32,000 bases of DNA from Caldivirga maquilingensis IC-167. Its GTDB lineage: Archaea; Thermoproteota; Thermoprotei; Thermoproteales; Thermocladiaceae. The notes under the pieces are model-generated. The model was not told the DNA's origin. It searched no databases and worked only from the letters and a program-made list of their open reading frames with translations. Below, piece after piece: positions 1-7,904 of this stretch. The translations under genes were made by a program, and so were the position numbers. Each line of letters begins with the position of its first letter. Positions within the stretch are counted from its first letter, which is position 1. Location: the NCBI RefSeq assembly GCF_000018305.1, contig NC_009954.1, positions 810,001-842,000 of the forward strand. The letters are read 5' to 3'.

Positions 1-1566
1 AATCCATTGCGGGGTCAAGAACCTCCTAAGTAAATTAACATTAACACCCCTCCTCCAGTATGGGTCCTTATCAATGGCGTCACCAATACCCATTGCGGAG
101 AAGAATAATATCCTGGCCAGTAGGTCAGCGTAAGCGTGATGATCCGTTGTCACCATGACGTCGAAGAAGGGTGCGTAACCCAGTTGAATCGCTAATTGCG
201 AATCATATGCATTATAATAGAGTAGCAGATGCTTAGGTAGTGATGACCCGTAATCCGGGCTTGTTCTAATCATTAATGCATTATTATGCTTAAAGCCTAT
301 GAAGTAGTGGTACATATCAGGCATGCATAATTCAATAAGTAAATCATGCTTCCCCGCGGCATTGAATAATGCATCAATATACCTCTCAAGGGCACCAACC
401 TCACTCATGTACACTTCACTGCACCTCTGCCTTAACGTTGTTAACCAATCATGCTTAACAGACATAATGCCCTTACTCTTAAGCGCCTTGAATAGGTCAT
501 CGAAGAACTCCTCAGGTTGCAGTAGGCATGCTGCATCCTTAACAAGCCTTGAGGAGTATTTTTGAGCATACGGTGAATTCTTGGATAAATACCTTATGTG
601 TAAGCTTACTATTGGTCCAAGTACCTTAGATAACGCATCCAAGTCGCTTCCCAATTCAGGAACCTCCTTATACTCCAATGCTCCACCATCCTCAGTACTC
701 TTAGGGTACCACCATGAGTCAACTTGGTAATACTTAACGCCAATCCCTTTCTCATCCATGTATCTCTTAATCTCAAGCATTGTTTGAGTATAATTCATGC
801 CAGGTAATGTCCTATACCAGTACATCCCACCTGTATCTGTCCAGTATTGAAGTGAATCCAGGTAATTCCGGTTAACTTCAATGGATGTCTTAGTTCTACC
901 GTAAAATCCTCTAATCCAACGTCCCCACCTTGATAATGCCTCATTAGGTGACTTGCCATACACCACCACTGAGGAGAGGTTGAATCCACTGGGTATTTCC
1001 CTAATGGTTCCGCTCAAGCCCAAGATAGCCTTAAACCCAACGGAACCTGGATTTAATTTAAGGAGCTGAGGGGCCCTTGGCTCAAGGGCCGATACCAGCA
1101 TTGTGTTAAGTCCACTGGAGTTAATAAACATTCCAAAGGAACCCAATACCGTGGGTTCCTTGAAATCACCAGCCCTTATGAAAACAGGCCTAATCCAGTT
1201 ATACGGCGTATAACCAAACCCCCTATCTAGTAATACATGGGCATTAAATGAAGCTGTATCAACATCAGCCTCCCTACCAACACTCCTGTTCACACTTGAA
1301 TTGAATAATATGCTTGATACTATAATTGGGTCGTTTAAGTAAGCCTTAACCGAGAATGTTAAATCCCCAGGCTCTGCTCTAATTGAATATACTATATACT
1401 TACCCAATGAGTCAACGTTCTCATGCGACTCATACCCTTTGGGGCTAAGTAACTTACCATTAACCAGTGGTGAAGCCCTAAGCAACAGTGAGTCGCCAAG
1501 AATTAACTCCCATGCTGCATCATCGTGAAGTACCGTAAGCCTTAAATCATTCCACTTAATCATCAT
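1..1566 (-). CDS. Partial CDS (C-terminus lies beyond the window start), at least 522 aa. Uncharacterised protein, possibly a clan GH-D-like (alpha-galactosidase-type) TIM-barrel glycosidase.
   Basis: Absent from the ORF track because it has no in-window stop. I reverse-complemented 1..1566 codon by codon: ATGATG at 1566..1561, then sense codons with no stop down to position 1. A TATA-like box (rc of 1586..1593 = ATTTAAAA) sits about 24-27 nt upstream of the ATGs. The segment EKGIGVKYYQVDSWWY resembles the G-h-x-h-h-h-DDGW strand of GH27/GH36 enzymes. The functional call is weak. Confidence 0.7.
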   Translation of the reverse strand, partial: MMIKWNDLRLTVLHDDAAWELILGDSLLLRASPLVNGKLLSPKGYESHENVDSLGKYIVYSIRAEPGDLTFSVKAYLNDPIIVSSILFNSSVNRSVGREADVDTASFNAHVLLDRGFGYTPYNWIRPVFIRAGDFKEPTVLGSFGMFINSSGLNTMLVSALEPRAPQLLKLNPGSVGFKAILGLSGTIREIPSGFNLSSVVVYGKSPNEALSRWGRWIRGFYGRTKTSIEVNRNYLDSLQYWTDTGGMYWYRTLPGMNYTQTMLEIKRYMDEKGIGVKYYQVDSWWYPKSTEDGGALEYKEVPELGSDLDALSKVLGPIVSLHIRYLSKNSPYAQKYSSRLVKDAACLLQPEEFFDDLFKALKSKGIMSVKHDWLTTLRQRCSEVYMSEVGALERYIDALFNAAGKHDLLIELCMPDMYHYFIGFKHNNALMIRTSPDYGSSLPKHLLLYYNAYDSQLAIQLGYAPFFDVMVTTDHHAYADLLARILFFSAMGIGDAIDKDPYWRRGVNVNLLRRFLTPQWI

Positions 1567-1802
1567 TGGATTAGTGGTTAGTCTGTTTTAAATCATACTG
1601 TGGCCTAGTCTTATTAATAAAGTATTACCTATAGTACACTTAGGCTAATGTAAAATGTAGGTAATCGCATACAGTATAGTTGATTAATGTGAATCATATA
1701 CATATCCTATATAGTTTTTCACTTTTAATGCACTTGGGTTTACTGGTTTAGGAATAATTAACTACTATAAATGATTACTAGTATACAATGTTAGAATACA
1801 TG

Positions 1803-1810
1803 TTTAAAAA
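1803..1810 (+). promoter_or_regulatory. TATA box of the binding-protein gene (leaderless transcript expected)
   Basis: TTTAAAAA is centred about 26 nt upstream of the ATG at 1832. It is embedded in the ACATGT-N6-ACATGT palindrome at 1798..1815. Confidence 0.5.
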
Positions 1811-1831
1811 CATGTACACCCTGTATTAGGC

Positions 1832-4168
1832 ATGGCCACTGTTAGGGTACTCGGAATACTACTATCAATACTATCGATAGCGGTAGTGTTATCGGCAGCC
1901 ACTACAGTGACTTCAGCGGTCAGTTTTAATGTAACCCAAGCCGTATCATCAACCCTCTTATATGTACCAAATTCCCCAAGCGACTGGAATTTATTTGTCT
2001 CACACCCAATAGCCCAAGACCAAGGCGCCTATGATACATACTCCCCCTTAGCCTATTATAACCCAGTTACTGGTCAATTCTACCCAGCCCTAGCATATAA
2101 TTGGACTATTCAAGTTCTCCCCAATGGTAGTGGTATTTTAACTGTTTACCTTAGGCCTGGCTTATACTGGTTTAATGGTACGGCAACAATACCCTTCACT
2201 GCATGGGATGTTTACGCAGAGTTCTATATTTACGTTAAGGGCTTTGGTGCATTCTACCCATTCATGCAGTTCCAGTACGCTGATGAGGATATTAGGGTAA
2301 TTAACAATTACACAATACAATTCCTATTCCAGGAATGGAGCCCAACAGATTGGATATACTTACTCACATACCACATGTTCACACCATGGCCTGTTTGGAA
2401 GTGGGCAGTGGAGGCATTAAAGAATATTACAAGCCAATCTGAAGCCCTTGCCTTTGCGCATAGTAATATTACTAAGTTCGTTGCACCATATTGGGCCCTT
2501 AACCCATACTACGTATCTAAGGTTGGATCAAACTTCATAATAATAACCCTAGAGCCTCAGAATTTATTCAATAGTTGGCTTGAGATTTACCCGTTAAATT
2601 CATTTACATATTACCCAACCGTGACCTCACTATTTGTGGGTGGTAATACCCAATCCATGACCGATATTTTGTCTGGCACCGCGCAATTCATATACGTCTT
2701 CCTGTCTCCACAGCAGAATGCTGAGCTTGAAAGCCATGGTATAAAAGTATTCACAATATATTCATACGATATATACGGCATAACCATTAATCCGAATCAA
2801 TACCCATGGAATATTCCCGCGGTTAGGAGAGTATTATATTACGTGCTTAATACCACGGCCATAGCGGCATCATGGGGATTGCAATCACTCCTACCAGCCA
2901 ATTACAATATTCCAGCTGCGCCATACACATTGGTGACCTTCCCATCATCAATAACTAACATGCTATTCACGTATCAGTACAATTGGACTAAGGCTGCTGA
3001 AATACTTCAAAGCCTAGGCTTCTACGAGAAGAATGGACAATGGTATACACCTAATGGGACACCATTGCAATTGCAACTACTAATGCCAGCAGGCTTCACA
3101 AACCAAGTGGTTCCAGCTACGTATGCTGCAGAGGAATTAACGGCCTTTGGCATCAAGGTTACCCCAGTATCCGTTGAGCACGGTACATTAGTCAGTGTAT
3201 ATATGAAAAATGGTCAATTCCAGGCACTTCAATACTTCGCCCCTAAGGTTGTTAGCTATATTACTGCATGGACCAATTGGCCGCATTCCTCAGTGTGGTA
3301 TGATTACGTTGGGAATGTCTTCAACACTTCGCTTGCCTGGCCCTTCGCTTGGCCTAAGGTTATTGATCATCAGCTTGTTGGTTGGTATTGTCAACCATTA
3401 TCAACAAACCTACCACCACCAATAAATAATACCCTTGTTTGGTGCGTTAACTCAACATTCGGATACATTAACCTAAGCAACGTTCAAATAGTGATAGCGG
3501 CTGCAGCTCCTGGTAGTGTTGATTATGAGAAAGCCATTGAGGCTTGGGTTGCATGGTGGGAGTACTATGATCCACAGTTTGTCTGGGGTGCCAAGCTTGA
3601 GCCTATTCAATATAATCCAAGTTACTTTGACTTCACTTGGGCCTACGCATGCTTACCGGGCATAATAGCTGACCTAGTGGTTTACCCATCGGCACAGCAG
3701 TCAATACTCGGTATGTATTCAACATGGTTACCTGACCCATTCTTCTTCGGTGGAGTGGCACCACCAGGCGTTATACCGCCCATTGCCCAAGCTATTATTA
3801 ATGGTTCATTGTGGACTAAGTATTCTCAGTATGCTGAATTCCTTGGCCTAACACCACAATTCGGCATTAATATTCAGCAGTTGCAGGCTTGTGTTGCATC
3901 GTACTTCCATGTGCCTTACACACCGGTGACTACTTCAACGACTACTAGTACTGCCACTTCAACTACAACTGTTACTTCTGTGGCAACAGTCACTAGCACA
4001 GTAACCACTACTGCTGTTAGCACTGTGACTAGTACAGCAACAACCACGGCAGTATCAACAGTAACCGTGACTAAACCAGTGGTAAGCACAGCATTAATAG
4101 CAGGAATAGTAATCATAGTAGTGGTTATCGCAGCAATAGCAGCAATAATAGCATTAAGAAGAAGATGA
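1832..4168 (+). CDS. ABC transporter solute-binding protein, family 5 (Opp/Dpp-like), with an N-terminal signal/TM segment and a C-terminal Thr-rich linker + TM anchor
   Basis: PALAYNWTI...LTVYLRPGLYWFNGTATIPFTAWDV matches the family-5 SBP signature region (LAxSW...LRxGvxwxdGxPxTAxDV). The N-terminus is hydrophobic (ILLSILSIAVVLSAA). The C-terminus is a T/S/V linker, then LIAGIVIIVVVIAAIAAIIAL, then RRR. There are many N-x-S/T sequons. No permease or ATPase genes are adjacent. Confidence 0.85.
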   Translation: MATVRVLGILLSILSIAVVLSAATTVTSAVSFNVTQAVSSTLLYVPNSPSDWNLFVSHPIAQDQGAYDTYSPLAYYNPVTGQFYPALAYNWTIQVLPNGSGILTVYLRPGLYWFNGTATIPFTAWDVYAEFYIYVKGFGAFYPFMQFQYADEDIRVINNYTIQFLFQEWSPTDWIYLLTYHMFTPWPVWKWAVEALKNITSQSEALAFAHSNITKFVAPYWALNPYYVSKVGSNFIIITLEPQNLFNSWLEIYPLNSFTYYPTVTSLFVGGNTQSMTDILSGTAQFIYVFLSPQQNAELESHGIKVFTIYSYDIYGITINPNQYPWNIPAVRRVLYYVLNTTAIAASWGLQSLLPANYNIPAAPYTLVTFPSSITNMLFTYQYNWTKAAEILQSLGFYEKNGQWYTPNGTPLQLQLLMPAGFTNQVVPATYAAEELTAFGIKVTPVSVEHGTLVSVYMKNGQFQALQYFAPKVVSYITAWTNWPHSSVWYDYVGNVFNTSLAWPFAWPKVIDHQLVGWYCQPLSTNLPPPINNTLVWCVNSTFGYINLSNVQIVIAAAAPGSVDYEKAIEAWVAWWEYYDPQFVWGAKLEPIQYNPSYFDFTWAYACLPGIIADLVVYPSAQQSILGMYSTWLPDPFFFGGVAPPGVIPPIAQAIINGSLWTKYSQYAEFLGLTPQFGINIQQLQACVASYFHVPYTPVTTSTTTSTATSTTTVTSVATVTSTVTTTAVSTVTSTATTTAVSTVTVTKPVVSTALIAGIVIIVVVIAAIAAIIALRRR
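3920..4075 (+). repeat. Low-complexity Thr/Ser/Val-coding tract (linker of the binding protein)
   Basis: About 52 codons, TPVTTSTTTSTATSTTTVTSVATVTSTVTTTAVSTVTSTATTTAVSTVTVTK, built from ACN/GTN/AGY codon reiterations. This explains the spurious antisense ORF at 3916..4176. Confidence 0.9.
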
Positions 4169-4191
4169 GGTATCATTAATCTTAAATCTAG

Positions 4192-4210
4192 TTAAAAATT
4201 AAATTTTTAA
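4192..4210. terminator. Candidate bidirectional terminator between convergent genes
   Basis: Perfect 19-nt palindrome TTAAAAATT-A-AATTTTTAA. It supplies a T5 tract on each strand, 36 nt after the + gene stop and about 50 nt after the - gene stop. Archaeal termination uses oligo-T. Confidence 0.4.
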
Positions 4211-4247
4211 TTTCTTAGATCTATAGCTTTCCTAATTAATGAAACAA

Positions 4248-4967
4248 TTAAATATATTCATTATTACTGAATATTGCGTTAAGTATTTTTCTTATGCTGC
4301 TCCTTAGTTGGTGACTAATGGTGCTTGTTGATAGGTCAAGTTCCTTAGCTAATGTTCTTAGGCTGGCTTCCCTTGGTTCATTGAAGAAGCCTAACTTGTA
4401 AACCTTATATAACGTGTCTAATTCAGCCTTAGTTAATACTGAGGTTATCTTATTGGAGATGACTAAACTTAATACGTCATTTATGTTAACGTTCCTTGAG
4501 CGTACATTAATTATTTTTCCATTAATCTTAAGACCATTGAAAAGTAGATCTAAGTTAACATTAACTGGGAATAGGAATCCCCAATTCTCAACACCATTTG
4601 TTATATAATCCTTAACCTCAATGCCATCAAATAACCTAGCCTTATACCTAGTTGAGTTACTTAACCTAGATTTAATAACGATCCCAATTCTCTTTGGGTA
4701 ACCCTTATTCATTGGTTTAAATTTAACTAATTCATCAACGCTTGGGTCATTGCTAAGTATGTTGAATAATTTCCTTAGACTTAGCTTATCCTTAACCTTA
4801 AGTACTGCAAACTCGTAGACATGGTTCTTTAATCCATCAACATAGGACTCCACTACATTATACTCGTAACCATCAAATGTGGCTTTAGCTGTCCAATCAG
4901 TTTCGTGGACATAATCAAACTCAATGTACTTAAAGCTCATTTTTCCGAAATCGAGTAAGTAGTCCAC
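4248..4967 (-). CDS. Transcriptional regulator with a C-terminal bacterio-opsin-activator-type HTH (HTH_10) domain and an N-terminal domain of unknown function
   Basis: The C-terminus LTKAELDTLYKVYKLGFFNEPREASLRTLAKELDLSTSTISHQLRSSIRKIL fits the HTH_10 pattern (LTxrQxexLxxAxxxGYFdxPRxxslxeLAexLgiSxstxsehLRrAexkl). The track start at 4967 is GTG. The alternative ATG at 4940 would give MSFKYIEF... Confidence 0.7.
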   Translation of the reverse strand: MDYLLDFGKMSFKYIEFDYVHETDWTAKATFDGYEYNVVESYVDGLKNHVYEFAVLKVKDKLSLRKLFNILSNDPSVDELVKFKPMNKGYPKRIGIVIKSRLSNSTRYKARLFDGIEVKDYITNGVENWGFLFPVNVNLDLLFNGLKINGKIINVRSRNVNINDVLSLVISNKITSVLTKAELDTLYKVYKLGFFNEPREASLRTLAKELDLSTSTISHQLRSSIRKILNAIFSNNEYI

Positions 4968-5156
4968 GTAGTGTTTTATTTTTTGACTTATTTTTATATT
5001 TTATTCAAAAATAGTACTTAATGAATCCAAGGCTTCATTATGTTGAGGTATCTTTCTTAGGGCTTTAACATTAAGAATTAATGATAAATATGCGGGAAGA
5101 AACAGTGATGAAAATGAATTATGTGTTTAAAATGTTTTTAAGGGAGCTTCACGGCA

Positions 5157-5864
5157 TTACTCAATCCTTATCTTAATGGTTCTCTTAGTATCCTCAACTT
5201 CCTCCTTCGGTATTTCCCTATAGGTTAGCCACCATGCATAACCCTTATACTGCTGGAGTCTCTTGGGTGCTTCCTCAACGTGGTGTGGTGGTGGATTCAG
5301 CATATTTTCACCAATTATCTCATTATATGGCCAGTTGGCTGGGGCGACTGTACCATACTTATCAATTAATTGTAGAGTCTTCACAGCTCTTAAAATCTCT
5401 GGAATATTCCTACCAAGTTCCAGTGGATAATACATTATTAGCCTAACAGTGGCCTTATCATCAACAATGAAAACCGCCCTAACTGTGCTTGTACTTGATT
5501 CGGCGTGAATCATGCCGAGTCTCCTGGATACATTACCCATTGGGTCGGCTATTATTGGGAACGGTATCTTAACACCCAGGGTCTTCTCAATCCAAGTAAC
5601 CCACTCAATGTGGCTTATGTCAGTGTCCACGGATAAGCCTATTAACTCAGTGTTAATTTTCCTAAAGTCCTCATACCTCTTAGCGAAGCTAACGAACTCA
5701 GTGGTGCATACTGGTGTGAAGTCACCAGGATGACTAAAGAGTACGAACCACTTACCCTTATAGTAGTCTGGTAGTTTTATTTTTCCATGCGTAGTAGCTA
5801 CCTCTATTTCAGGGAATTTCTCCCCTATAAGGGGCATTCTGAATTCCACGCTCATAACTGTCAA
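5157..5864 (-). CDS. Peroxiredoxin (Prx6-like/archaeal type; no C-terminal resolving Cys seen)
   Basis: Peroxidatic-Cys motif [19 protein letters not shown], typical length. TATA box (rc of 5884..5891 = TTTAAAAA) about 24 nt upstream of the ATG. Confidence 0.95.
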   Translation of the reverse strand: MTVMSVEFRMPLIGEKFPEIEVATTHGKIKLPDYYKGKWFVLFSHPGDFTPVCTTEFVSFAKRYEDFRKINTELIGLSVDTDISHIEWVTWIEKTLGVKIPFPIIADPMGNVSRRLGMIHAESSTSTVRAVFIVDDKATVRLIMYYPLELGRNIPEILRAVKTLQLIDKYGTVAPANWPYNEIIGENMLNPPPHHVEEAPKRLQQYKGYAWWLTYREIPKEEVEDTKRTIKIRIE

Positions 5865-6005
5865 TAATATTTAGACGCATACCTTTTTAAACATTCCGCG
5901 CTTAACGTGTCACAATCATGCTCTTAGCATGGTGTTTAAGTAAAGGTATATAAGTTATGTACAGATTAGCTGGAATAAAAATGCTTTTAATTTACCTAGT
6001 TATGG

Positions 6006-6479
6006 TTACTGTTTACCGCTTGAGCATTTACCAAGTATCTTAACTAACTCAAGCGCTACTCCTAATCCCCTTTGAACATCCTCATCACCTAATGCTCTCC
6101 AAAGTCCCATTAATCCCTTAACGGGCTTAGCATTAGAGACCGCATTAACATTCTTGCTCATGCATCCACCTAGGCTCTGCATTAACTCCTTAAGCCTAAT
6201 AACGTCGTTGGCATCTAACTTATTCATTAAGCCTAAGCTACCGTCCAGTGCAATGGCTAGGAGCCTAAACACAGCTGGATCCTGGAATAAATACTGTATA
6301 AGCTCCTCAAACCTGTTAATTATCTGCATTAGTGAATCTAAGACGCCGCTGCGTTTTAACTCCACTATTAATTCGACTAAGCCCTTCAACTCATCAGCGT
6401 TCTCAGCAAGTATACTTAATGCCTCGGCGAGTTTTTCATCAGGGCTTACTTGAACCTGTTCTTGGGTTGTCATGGTCAT
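6006..6479 (-). CDS. DUF1641-family protein
   Basis: 157-aa helical protein. It lies 5 nt downstream of, and co-oriented with, the FAD-dependent oxidoreductase, which is the usual DUF1641 context. The repeated pattern L..LV.L....GVLD.L is consistent with the family. Assignment made by eye. Confidence 0.65.
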   Translation of the reverse strand: MTMTTQEQVQVSPDEKLAEALSILAENADELKGLVELIVELKRSGVLDSLMQIINRFEELIQYLFQDPAVFRLLAIALDGSLGLMNKLDANDVIRLKELMQSLGGCMSKNVNAVSNAKPVKGLMGLWRALGDEDVQRGLGVALELVKILGKCSSGKQ

Positions 6480-6484
6480 TCACC

Positions 6485-7660
6485 TTACATTGTTGTCTGT
6501 AGCCATGTCTTGTAGAATAGATCCTTTATAAGCTTACCTAATGGTGATGTCAATATACTGTAGCAGTTGCCTACCCAGAGGGCTTTATTATTCTTAAGGT
6601 CAAGCTTAATGTCGCAGTTGAACATCATGCCTAAGTCACCGTAATCCATGGCGCAGGCCATTGCGTTTATTTGAGCTGGATCCACCGGTTCACCAAGTAA
6701 TTCACCTGCTATTGATGCGGTGCTTGCCAATGCGGTGAAATGCACTGGTACTCCAGCTGTGGGTAAGCCTATTGCGGGCATGGAATGCTCCCCAGGTAGG
6801 TAGACATCATCATACTTAATACTCCTACCAGTGTACACGTTTATTGCGGTCCATTTACCGCTTGGAGTATCAACCACTAGCGGTGTTCCATCGAAGGGCT
6901 TAGGTAATCTAGCTGGTGGAACAACTATGAGTAAATCGTACTTAACCTTATCTGAAGTGGTTACGACAACCTTACCCTTATCATCAACCTCAACAGGCTT
7001 GGCATTACCAATGTATTTAATGCCCTTTTGAGCAAATACATCCTCAGTTATCTTAACAGCCTCAGGGCCAAGTGGCTGTATAGGCTTCTCAAATGGGTGT
7101 ATAAGCGTTAAATCAACCTTATCCCTAATCCCCCTCTTCCTAAATATTGTATCTAATTGAGCAATGATTTCAAACGGGTAAACACCACACCTATATAATG
7201 GCTCAGGGGTAAACACTACTACACTTCCCCCCTTAAAGTTCCTTAATGCCTCCCTTAGCTTAAGCGCACCATCGAGGGTGTAGTTATGGTAACCAACCCC
7301 TAAGTTATATGATTTAAAATCAAACTCTGTACCAAGGCTCGCCAGTAAATAATCATAGTTAAACTTGCCTTTATCAGTCTCAACAACCCTATTATCAGGG
7401 TCAATCTTAGTTACAGCGGCTTTAACACTCTTGACGCCTCTTTTACTAAGCATTGATAATGGTAATTGAGCCTGCGCCGGATCCATATCACCTAACGCAA
7501 TGTTAACCAGTAACGGTGGTAGTAGGTAATAGTCAGTGTCACTTATTAATGTTATTTCAGCATCGACACGATTCCTTAGCCTTTCTGCAAGTTTCTTAGC
7601 AGCTACCACACCACCAACGCCACCACCCAGCACTAGGATTTTCTTACCCATAGTATCCAC
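6485..7660 (-). CDS. FAD-dependent pyridine nucleotide-disulfide oxidoreductase (sulfide:quinone reductase / NDH-II-like)
   Basis: N-terminal Rossmann motif KKILVLGGGVGGVVAAKKL. Size about 390 aa. Paired with DUF1641. The true start may be the second ATG at 7651 (MGKKILVLGGG), because the TATA-like GCTTAAAAGTC (rc of about 7676..7686) lies only about 22 nt from 7660. Confidence 0.85.
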   Translation of the reverse strand: MDTMGKKILVLGGGVGGVVAAKKLAERLRNRVDAEITLISDTDYYLLPPLLVNIALGDMDPAQAQLPLSMLSKRGVKSVKAAVTKIDPDNRVVETDKGKFNYDYLLASLGTEFDFKSYNLGVGYHNYTLDGALKLREALRNFKGGSVVVFTPEPLYRCGVYPFEIIAQLDTIFRKRGIRDKVDLTLIHPFEKPIQPLGPEAVKITEDVFAQKGIKYIGNAKPVEVDDKGKVVVTTSDKVKYDLLIVVPPARLPKPFDGTPLVVDTPSGKWTAINVYTGRSIKYDDVYLPGEHSMPAIGLPTAGVPVHFTALASTASIAGELLGEPVDPAQINAMACAMDYGDLGMMFNCDIKLDLKNNKALWVGNCYSILTSPLGKLIKDLFYKTWLQTTM

Positions 7661-7904
7661 AGTGCACTACTTGACTTTTAAGCATTAATACTATGATACT
7701 TCAGCGCATGTGAAATACCGCTTAGCTTACATTTTCATAGTACCTACATTATATTAATGCATTAACCTATGATGTTATAACTTATTTAAATAATATAATA
7801 TAATTTATCATATAACTTATCTCCCTAGGTCAAGGTAGGATCATAATTACTCATGAGCCTCATTTAAGTACTAATTCATTACGCCTAGTTGCGTAATCCT
7901 AACT

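Noticed and set aside
323-989. Track ORFs 323..565 (+, 80 aa) and 795..989 (-, 64 aa)
   Set aside because: Both lie inside, and out of frame with, the uninterrupted 522-codon minus-strand ORF at 1..1566. That ORF has a proper TATA box and start, so it is the better explanation.
3916-4176. 86-aa minus-strand ORF, and likewise 22994..23197 (67 aa), rich in Val/Thr/Ala
   Set aside because: They are mirror images of the Thr-rich linker codons: ACN read antisense gives NGT, i.e. Val/Gly. They lie entirely inside well-supported binding-protein genes and have no promoter context.
6154-6453. Other antisense or off-frame track ORFs: 3210..3425, 4414..4608, 5234..5446, 5512..5733, 6154..6453, 6831..7031, 10018..10305, 10367..10664, 12001..12216, 13436..13693, 14993..15178, 17290..17529, 18953..19141, 20908..21252, 23179..23376, 23851..24987 set, 26041..26229, 26551..26811, 26945..27265, 27413..27619, 29484..29816, 31167..31361
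   Set aside because: Each overlaps a longer ORF with clear family motifs. Their compositions are Ser/Leu/Pro-rich, typical of antisense frames. None has an independent TATA/start arrangement.
7776-7819. 9-nt direct repeat ATAACTTAT x2 and other A/T reiterations in the 7661..7904 spacer
   Set aside because: The sequence context is extremely AT-rich, where such short repeats are expected by chance. There is no dyad symmetry or positional link to a TATA box.
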